32,000 nucleotides of DNA, taken from assembly GCF_003945235.1 (NCBI RefSeq), contig NZ_RSDW01000001.1, positions 60,001-92,000 of the forward strand, in the 5' to 3' direction. This document shows positions 19,308-25,788 of this stretch, in pieces. Made by a program: the position numbers and the translations under genes. This stretch comes from Edaphobacter aggregans (lineage in GTDB: Bacteria; Acidobacteriota; Terriglobia; Terriglobales; Acidobacteriaceae). Each line of letters starts with the position of its first letter. The stretch's first letter is position 1. Below the pieces are notes generated by a model. That model was not told where the DNA came from, ran no database searches, and saw only the letters and a program-made list of their open reading frames with translations.

Positions 19308-20334
19308 ATATCCGTGGCTGCTTGCCTTGCTGCCACTGCCTCTTCTCGTCTACTGGCTCTTACCTCCCTATAAGGAGGAGCAAGATTCCCTGCGTCTGAC
19401 GTTCTTTCATTACATCAGTTCAAGCCTCGGCCTCACACCCGAACCTGGAGCGGTCGTCCCCAAAACAAACTGGCTACAGAAGATCGTCGCTCCAATTTGC
19501 TGGTGCCTGATTCTTCTGGCGCTGGCTCGGCCCCAGTTGATTGAGCCTCCCATCCAGAAAATCGAGCCAGGGCGGGACCTCATGCTGGCCCTCGACATCT
19601 CTCAATCGATGGAAACACCGGATTTTCGCACACCCGAAGGTAAACGTCTGCGCCGCGTCGATGCAGTAAAACAAGTCGTTAGCGAATTCATTCGAAAGCG
19701 AAAAACTGATCGTATCGGTCTCATCGTCTTTGGTCAGGCTGCCTATCCGGTTACGCCTTTCACGCTTGACCATGACGCATGTCTGAAGATACTCGGCCAG
19801 ACCGACGCCGGCATGGCCGGTCCTCAGACGATGATCGGCGATGCTATTGGTCTCGCAATCAAGCAGTTCGATCATAGCGAAGCCAAACAACGCGTTCTGG
19901 TTCTCCTGACGGACGGCAACGATACCGGCAGCCGAATGCCACCACGTAAGGCCGCTGAAATAGCCCGTCAGAACGGCATCACCATACACGTCGTAGGCTT
20001 AGGCGATCCTCACGCCACTGGCGAGTACAAAGTTGACTATGCTGCGTTGAACGATATCGCCAAGGCAACCGGCGGACAGGTCTTCCATGGCGAGAATCGT
20101 GTCGAACTCGAAAAAGCTTACGCGACCCTCGATAAAATCACCCCACAGAATTTCAAGACCCTCAGCTATCAGCCCCGCCGCGAGCTCTTCATGATTCCAC
20201 TTGCGGCCGCCGTTGTCCTACTCGTTGGCTATCACCTCCTCATGCTTATCGTCAGTCTGTTGGCGCGACTCTTCTCACGCCGCCGTGAATCGGATGAGAC
20301 CGAAACCTCCGCCGTCTTAAAGGTGAATGTATGA
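19294..20334 (+). CDS. VWA domain-containing membrane protein (BatA-like)
   Basis: N-terminal TM helices, then DLMLALDISQSM (MIDAS DxSxS) ...IGLIVFGQAAY...VLVLLTDGNDT...IHVVGLG and a C-terminal TM helix. It overlaps the upstream gene by 14 nt. Confidence 0.88.
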   Translation: MYRLEYPWLLALLPLPLLVYWLLPPYKEEQDSLRLTFFHYISSSLGLTPEPGAVVPKTNWLQKIVAPICWCLILLALARPQLIEPPIQKIEPGRDLMLALDISQSMETPDFRTPEGKRLRRVDAVKQVVSEFIRKRKTDRIGLIVFGQAAYPVTPFTLDHDACLKILGQTDAGMAGPQTMIGDAIGLAIKQFDHSEAKQRVLVLLTDGNDTGSRMPPRKAAEIARQNGITIHVVGLGDPHATGEYKVDYAALNDIAKATGGQVFHGENRVELEKAYATLDKITPQNFKTLSYQPRRELFMIPLAAAVVLLVGYHLLMLIVSLLARLFSRRRESDETETSAVLKVNV

Positions 20335-21935
20335 GCGAGTGGTGGGCATCGGTGCATTTTCTGCGCCCACATTGGTTGTGGCTTCTGATGGCCGTGCCGG
20401 TTATCTATTTAGCGTTCCATATTCGCGACGACGTACGCGCCCGTTGGAAGCGTTATATCGACTCCGAACTTCTGGATCATCTGATCGTAGCGCGTAAGCA
20501 GCGCTGGCACTTCCGTCCTATTCACATGATCTGTCTCCTCATCATTCTGGGTACCGTTGCGATCGCCGGCCCGACTTGGAAGCGTGAACAACCTCCATTC
20601 ACAGAGGACAAGGCGCCCCTGGTCATAGCGCTCGACCTCTCGCGGACAATGGACGCGATCGACCTCGATCCGACACGGCTGGAGCGCGCAAAGCTGAAAC
20701 TACGCGATCTAATCAAAGCCAGAAATGGTGGACGCACTGCGCTCTTCGTCTATGCAGACACCACACACATGGTTCTGCCTTTTACGACAGACGATTCCCT
20801 GTTCGATCTCTATCTGAGTTCTCTCTCTACATCTTTAATCCCGGGTGGGGGAAAAGATACGGCAAAGGCGCTTCGCACGATCGAAGATTTTCTGAAAGAC
20901 GAGCCCGTCCCCGGCACCATTCTTTTTGTCAACGATGGAATCGAGCCTCAAGCGTTACCAACATTCCAACAATTTACCGGGCAGGACGAAAACCAGAACG
21001 ACATCCTCGTGATGGGTGTAGGCACTTCCAGTGGAGGCCCTGTTCGTACGGCGAACAATGGCTTTCTTACCGACCGCTTCGGACGCCGCGTCTATACAAA
21101 GCTCGACGTGAACACTCTTCGTTCGTTAAGCCGCATCGACATCTCCGCCACCACGCTCACACTCAACGATGATGACATCCACTGGATACAGCGCCGCGTA
21201 CAGCATCATCTTCAGGCCGTACAGCAGCGCAACAGCAAGACGCGCTGGATCGATGAAGGTTACTGGCTCACTATTCCCATCACGGCTATTACTGTTTTCT
21301 GGTTCCGCAAAGGGTGGACTGTGCGCTGGACCTCAGCCGCGTTCGCAGTCCTCTTTATTCTTCCGTCTGCAGGCGCTCAAACACGCTTCTCGTGGATAGA
21401 CCTCTGGATGACACACGATCAACAGGGCTGCTACTACTTCGAGAGGGGTGATTACCAAAAGGCCGCCGAGAAGTTCGAGGATCCACTCTGGAGGGGATTG
21501 GCTCTCGCGCGCGCAGGAGACTACGAGAGCGCGCTGAACGCCTTCGCCCTCAGTGATTCCCCAGAAGCCTGGTACAACCAGGGCAATGCACTCGCACACA
21601 CGGGCAAATATCCTGAAGCGATACAGGCTTACCAGCAGGCGCTCGCACGACGTCATCCATGGCCCGAAGCGCAGGAAAACCTTACTCTCGTCCAATCGCT
21701 TATTCCAAAAGCAAAGAACAAAGATAAAGACAAAGATCAGCAGGAGACGGCACCCGATCTTCCGCCAGACCAGATGAAATTCGACGAAAAGGGTCAGAAA
21801 GGGAAAAAGACCCAACAGGTCAAACTCGATCCGAAGAAAATGGCTGACATCTGGATGCGCAATATCCAAACCAGCCCCGCTGAATTTCTCCGGCGCAGAT
21901 TCGCGATTCAGGCTGCACAGGAGCGTCACCCATGA
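20331..21935 (+). CDS. VWA domain plus TPR repeat protein (BatB/BatC-like fusion)
   Basis: ATGA overlap with the upstream stop. LVIALDLSRTM (MIDAS) ...ILFVNDG, then TM helices, then TPR-like YYFERGDYQKAAEKFED...AGDYESALNAF...YNQGNALAHTGKYPEAIQAYQQAL and a Lys/Asp-rich tail. Confidence 0.85.
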   Translation: MSEWWASVHFLRPHWLWLLMAVPVIYLAFHIRDDVRARWKRYIDSELLDHLIVARKQRWHFRPIHMICLLIILGTVAIAGPTWKREQPPFTEDKAPLVIALDLSRTMDAIDLDPTRLERAKLKLRDLIKARNGGRTALFVYADTTHMVLPFTTDDSLFDLYLSSLSTSLIPGGGKDTAKALRTIEDFLKDEPVPGTILFVNDGIEPQALPTFQQFTGQDENQNDILVMGVGTSSGGPVRTANNGFLTDRFGRRVYTKLDVNTLRSLSRIDISATTLTLNDDDIHWIQRRVQHHLQAVQQRNSKTRWIDEGYWLTIPITAITVFWFRKGWTVRWTSAAFAVLFILPSAGAQTRFSWIDLWMTHDQQGCYYFERGDYQKAAEKFEDPLWRGLALARAGDYESALNAFALSDSPEAWYNQGNALAHTGKYPEAIQAYQQALARRHPWPEAQENLTLVQSLIPKAKNKDKDKDQQETAPDLPPDQMKFDEKGQKGKKTQQVKLDPKKMADIWMRNIQTSPAEFLRRRFAIQAAQERHP

Positions 21936-23260
21936 GACGCACTTTCATCGTTATGCTTGCGGCGATCTCATCGCTCACTGTTCCTGGGCAAATACCCATC
22001 GTCCGTGCGAAATTCGAACCCAGCAGAGGCATTCTAGTCGGCCAGCCGGTACGCCTTGTTGTTTCAATCTTCGTTCCCAACTACTTCGCCGGGGCCCCCG
22101 ATTTTCCCGAATTCGAAATCGAAAACGCCATCGTGGTGCTGCCTCAGGACCGTCCGCAGAACTCCAACGAGCAGATCGGCGGAGTGACGTATGCGGGCAT
22201 AACTGAGACCTATGTCGTCTATCCGCAGCAACCCGGCGATTTCAAGCTGCCAGCAGCGCAGATCACCGTTCCTTACGCTATTGCGCCGCCAAAGACCGCT
22301 ACGGCTCACGTACCTCTTCCTGCTCTTACCTTCCATGCCGACGTCCCTCTCGCAGCGAAGAGCCTGGACTACTTTCTTCCCACCACAAGTCTGACGATTC
22401 AGCAAAAATGGTCAGCTCCTCTAAAGAGTCTCCGAGCCGGAGACTCCGTCGAGCGAACCATCACCGTGACGGCGACAAAGATGCAAGCCATGTTGATCCC
22501 GCCCCTCCCCCTCGAAACACCAGAAGGTATTCGCATCTACGAGGAAGAGCCAATCGTCCAGGATCAGAAGACGGATCGCGGCGAATTTGTTTATGGCCGC
22601 CGCACACAATCCGCAAAGTACTTTATTCGGAAGGCGGGCGATTACACGCTTCCGGCAGTCGAACTGAAGTGGTGGAATCTCTCCACAAATCGTTTGGTGA
22701 CGGCCACGCTCCCCGCCATTCGCTTCACGGCTGCCGCAAATCCAGATTACGTCGCCGAACTGCCGCCAGAGCAAGAACCCGTGCCGGTGAAGCAGCTCAA
22801 ACACGGCAGCCTATGGAGCAAATATAAATTCTGGATTCGAGTTGCTGCCCCATGTTTCGTGGCATTTATTTTTATACTCTGGATAGCTTGGCATTCTCTC
22901 CCACGCATCTATCGCCGGCTACAAGCATGGCATTACAAGCGGGAACATTCTGAGCCTGCGTATTTTCGCGATCTTCAGTTTTCATGCAGGCGAAGCCACG
23001 CAATGCAAGCGTACGATCGATTTTTGAGATGGCTTACACTCGCGCACCCAGGTATGCCTGTTCATGAGTTTTTGCGTCAGGCAGACGATCCCGTACTGTC
23101 CTCAGAAATAAACGATCTAAGCGCTTCACTCTATGCGAAAAACAATCAAGGTCCCCATCAATGGAACGGCGAGCGAATGGCTCATCACTTACGGCAGCAT
23201 CGCAAGGTTCAAAATATCCGTACGATGAAACGACAATTTCTGCCGAAGCTAAATCCTTGA
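21932..23260 (+). CDS. BatD-like (oxygen-tolerance family) membrane-anchored protein
   Basis: ATGA overlap with the upstream stop. Signal peptide, beta-rich extracytoplasmic region (VGQPVRLVVSIFVPNYF...), a late TM helix (FWIRVAAPCFVAFIFILWIAW) and a cytoplasmic tail. The architecture and operon position are typical of BatD. Confidence 0.72.
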   Translation: MRRTFIVMLAAISSLTVPGQIPIVRAKFEPSRGILVGQPVRLVVSIFVPNYFAGAPDFPEFEIENAIVVLPQDRPQNSNEQIGGVTYAGITETYVVYPQQPGDFKLPAAQITVPYAIAPPKTATAHVPLPALTFHADVPLAAKSLDYFLPTTSLTIQQKWSAPLKSLRAGDSVERTITVTATKMQAMLIPPLPLETPEGIRIYEEEPIVQDQKTDRGEFVYGRRTQSAKYFIRKAGDYTLPAVELKWWNLSTNRLVTATLPAIRFTAAANPDYVAELPPEQEPVPVKQLKHGSLWSKYKFWIRVAAPCFVAFIFILWIAWHSLPRIYRRLQAWHYKREHSEPAYFRDLQFSCRRSHAMQAYDRFLRWLTLAHPGMPVHEFLRQADDPVLSSEINDLSASLYAKNNQGPHQWNGERMAHHLRQHRKVQNIRTMKRQFLPKLNP

Positions 23261-23308
23261 TACCTACGTGTGCTATTTGGGTGATTTAGAAGGATTTAGG
23301 CAAAATTA

Positions 23309-23396
23309 TGGCGGAGAGACAGGGATTCGAACCCTGGATACCTTGCGGTATACACGCTTTCCAAGCGTGCGCCTTCAGCCACTCGGCCATCTCTCC
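23309..23396 (-). tRNA. tRNA-Ser (anticodon GGA), class II with long variable arm, CCA encoded
   Basis: The reverse complement folds by hand as follows. Acceptor GGAGAGA/TCTCTCC; anticodon stem CACGC/GCGTG with loop TTGGAAA (GGA); variable arm ATACC-GCAA-GGTAT; T-arm CAGGG-TTCGAAT-CCCTG; then G-CCA. Total 88 nt. Confidence 0.93.
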
Positions 23397-23566
23397 GCTG
23401 CGTTTTAGCGCTTTTTTGAATCTACCACAGTTACCACGTTGCCGTGACTGGGGGGAACAAAGCCACGGCTGCGGTTTCAAGCCAAAGAGCAGGACAGTCG
23501 CATAGGAGAAAGATAAATCCAACACGTCTCTTGACGGATGGGTGGCTGGCTATTAATAATCCCCAA

Positions 23567-23797
23567 ACGACAGGTGTAATAACCTCAATCGCTACCTTCG
23601 TGGGATACAGCGCCAAAGGCATCGGCAAGCGCGTCAAATACATCTTTGACTTCAATAACTTCGAGCGATACTTCGGCGGCCTTGCCTCCGACAGCGAGCT
23701 CAGTTACGCTGTCCAACAGTTCTTCTCCAACGGTGGAACCGAAGCGCACGTTGTCCGTACACCAGGGCTTGCAAAAACTAGAGCGGCAAACAACTTG
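23567..23797 (+). pseudogene. relic N-terminal fragment of a contractile-tail sheath gene
   Basis: The translation TGVITSIATFVGYSAKGIGKRVKYIFDFNNFERYFGGLASDSELSYAVQQFFSNGGTEAHVVRTPGLAKT aligns colinearly with residues ~22-93 of the intact sheath at 25789 (TGVATSIAAFVGWAPQG...WADFQRQFGGLDSRSLLGYSVNQFFLNGGQQAYIVRLVDGTAKT). It lacks the PTYPGVYIEE start and everything after about 75 aa, and it ends in a stop. Confidence 0.62.
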
Positions 23798-23988
23798 TAA
23801 CTTTCGGCTCGGGATGAGCCTGAACCATCCCTCCCCACCCGAAAACGGGCCCAATTAGATTAGAAAAAGCGCCTCACCAAAACGTCTAGCCAAGGGAAGG
23901 CCGTCGTTTTGCCGATGCCAACCTACCGGAAGCCCGGGGACGCGGGCTCGGTCATACAATTCTCTTTCTTCGCCCCAAAAGAGCCTTC

Positions 23989-25026
23989 ATGGAACGCGAA
24001 CTTTCTGACGCTGCACTTCAGAGCCTCTTCGGCGACCTTGGATTCGTCAGCAACTGCGACGAACTGCTACCGCTGCTGCAGCGTGCCCGCAAGGCTGCGG
24101 AAATCAGCGATGTTACTGTTTTGATCGAAGGCGAAACCGGGACCGGCAAGCAGGTTCTCGCGCAGGCTATCCATCGGCTCGACCGCAAACGCAACCGTTT
24201 TGCTTTCATAACCGTGCACTGCAGCACCATCACCGAAGCCCTCGCCGAAAGTGAGCTCTTCGGCCATCAGCGTGGAGCCTTCTCCGGCGCCGTCGGTAGC
24301 CGCAAAGGCCTGTTCTGTTCAGCCCAGCATGGCACCCTGTTCCTCGATGACGTCAACGATCTGCCCGTTGCCCTGCAACCCAAATTACTAGACGTACTCC
24401 AGCGTGGCATTCTCCGTCCTGTTGGGTCGGACACAGAGATGCCCGTCGATGTCCGCATCATTGCCGCCGCTAACCGCCCGCTCGAGTCGCTGGTCCGCGA
24501 AGGCCGCTTCCGCCTCGACCTCTATCACCGGCTCAACGTAGTTCGCCTTGCACTTCCTCCCCTGCGCGCCCGCCGTGCGGATCTGACCGCACTCATCCTC
24601 GCCTTCGCCGATCGCCACGCTGCACTCTACGCTCCGGTCGTCAACGTAGAGTCCGAGCTGCTTCGCTTCCTTGAATCGCAGCCGTTACTGGGCAACGTGC
24701 GCGAACTCGAAAACGCCGTGCAGCGGATGCTCTTCCTCAAGACGGAAGGCTCCTCGCTCTGCATCGACGACTGGATGCGCCAACTCCGTTCCGACGTCAC
24801 CCAGCAGGAAGTGGATCTGCTAGCCGATTCCGCCAGCGGCGTCTGGCAAAGCATCGCCAATGGCAGTCTCGGCTACGACCAAGCGCTCCAGGAGATTGAA
24901 AAGCGTGTGCTGCAGGCGGCCATCGCCGTTCCCGGATGGACCCGGCGCAAAGTCGCCCAGCGCCTCCATATGAGTGAGCGCGCCCTCTACTACAAAATGC
25001 GCGCCTGCGGCCTCACCGCCCGCTAG
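23989..25026 (+). CDS. sigma-54-dependent transcriptional activator (bacterial enhancer-binding protein) without a sensory/receiver domain
   Basis: Walker A GETGTGKQ lies about 50 aa from the N-terminus. Also present: ESELFGHQRGAFSGA (GAFTGA-loop variant), GTLFLDDV (Walker B), RFRLDLYHRLNV, PLRARRADL, GNVRELEN and a C-terminal Fis-type HTH (RKVAQRLHMSERALYYKMRACGL). Confidence 0.9.
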   Translation: MERELSDAALQSLFGDLGFVSNCDELLPLLQRARKAAEISDVTVLIEGETGTGKQVLAQAIHRLDRKRNRFAFITVHCSTITEALAESELFGHQRGAFSGAVGSRKGLFCSAQHGTLFLDDVNDLPVALQPKLLDVLQRGILRPVGSDTEMPVDVRIIAAANRPLESLVREGRFRLDLYHRLNVVRLALPPLRARRADLTALILAFADRHAALYAPVVNVESELLRFLESQPLLGNVRELENAVQRMLFLKTEGSSLCIDDWMRQLRSDVTQQEVDLLADSASGVWQSIANGSLGYDQALQEIEKRVLQAAIAVPGWTRRKVAQRLHMSERALYYKMRACGLTAR

Positions 25027-25102
25027 CACCTTCGACCGAAAGACTTCTTAGGCAGCTTCTCGACTTCCCTGGGCCAACCCTGTGTTGAGCCACTGCCACT
25101 TA

Positions 25103-25130
25103 TTGCAGAGTCCTGCACAGACTTGCAGAA
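25103..25130. promoter_or_regulatory. three helically phased YTGCASAR repeats (candidate enhancer / UAS)
   Basis: TTGCAGAG (25103), CTGCACAG (25113) and TTGCAGAA (25123) have TGCA cores exactly 10 bp apart, about 260-290 bp upstream of the candidate -24/-12 elements. GCCACTGCCA at 25089-25098 is repeated at 25226-25235. Confidence 0.35.
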
Positions 25131-25156
25131 GGTTCCGAGGACACCACTAGCTAACT

Positions 25157-25179
25157 CAGGGTACTCGACTTGTACCCTG
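25157..25179. promoter_or_regulatory. perfect 8-7-8 inverted repeat (operator, or weak terminator of the EBP gene)
   Basis: CAGGGTAC (25157-25164) tcgactt GTACCCTG (25172-25179). The nearest T-run (GTGTTTTCC) starts about 10 nt after the stem, so it is not a textbook intrinsic terminator. Confidence 0.35.
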
Positions 25180-25346
25180 CTTCACCTTGTGTTTTCCTCT
25201 GCTTGCCCTCGATGCGCCTCCATTAGCCACTGCCAAATCCTGCGTATCCTGATTCGCTGCCCCGTCCTCAAAACGGCTCGTCATCTTGGCTTAAGAAATT
25301 TTTCTTCAAGCAAATTCGCCCACTTTTTACCGCTTTCTTACATTAT

Positions 25347-25403
25347 TGGGCAAAATTTGGCGCTCCTTCTTCAAAGAAACAGCCGATTGGGCTCTCCCGT
25401 GCA
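25347..25403 (+). promoter_or_regulatory. two tandem candidate sigma-54 (-24/-12) promoters upstream of the eCIS operon
   Basis: Both have the correct GG-N10-GC spacing against the consensus TGGCAC-N5-TTGCA: TGGGCA-AAATT-TGGC (25347-25361) and TGGGCT-CTCCC-GTGCA (25388-25403). Both are preceded by AT, and an AT-rich tract (25290-25345) lies upstream. The match quality is only moderate. Confidence 0.35.
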
Positions 25404-25430
25404 TTCGCTCTGTCGGCTGGCGCTGGATAC

Positions 25431-25700
25431 TTGCGCTCCGCCAGTGAGGTGGACCCACTGATACACGAAGGAGATACCGTTCGTTTCCAAGTTGAAGATA
25501 TCTTCCTGCCCGCAGCTGACGACCTGCCGAAATCACTCACCCCGGCAGATCAGCTGGAAGGCACAGTCGTGAACTTCTCCGACTCTGGATTGCTTCCTCG
25601 CGTCTTCGCCGTAGTCGATGTCATCGCGCGCCTAAGCGTCGTCGTACCGGTCGAAAAGCTTCAGCTTCAAAACCTCGGGAGGACCCCCAACATACTCTAA
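25431..25700 (+). CDS. small hypothetical protein (leader ORF of the eCIS operon; start uncertain, TTG 25431 or GTG 25449)
   Basis: 89-codon ORF on the same strand as the sheath gene, ending 88 nt before it, with coding-like GC3-biased codons. It has no ATG start and no convincing SD at the candidate starts. I recognise no family. Confidence 0.3.
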   Translation: MRSASEVDPLIHEGDTVRFQVEDIFLPAADDLPKSLTPADQLEGTVVNFSDSGLLPRVFAVVDVIARLSVVVPVEKLQLQNLGRTPNIL

Positions 25701-25788
25701 CCCGCGCCCGGACGGAATCCGTGCACGGACGTGCCGTGCAACAGCTACCAATCGGAGCGTATTCGCTCCCTGGAAATGGAGAGAACCG

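Noticed and set aside
23309-23396. tRNA-Ser as the attachment site of a genomic island carrying the eCIS.
   Set aside because: The tRNA is on the minus strand, so its 3' end, the usual integration point, faces the Bat operon and not the eCIS side. No integrase gene is visible, and I did not spot a direct repeat of the tRNA 3' end. The sheath relic suggests recombination here, but classic tRNA-targeted integration is not supported.
23444-23800. The 118-codon ORF as an intact gene.
   Set aside because: Only the distal ~75 codons resemble anything (the sheath N-terminal domain). The first ~40 codons (MTGGNKATAAVSSQRAGQSHRRKINPTRLL) look like translated intergenic DNA, and the product would be a truncated single subdomain. 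I treat it as a pseudogene fragment.
25418-25434. TGGCGC...TTGCG as a sigma-54 promoter.
   Set aside because: The GG-to-GC spacing is two bases too long (N7 instead of N5 between the hexamer and TTGC). The neighbouring elements at 25347 and 25388 have the correct spacing.
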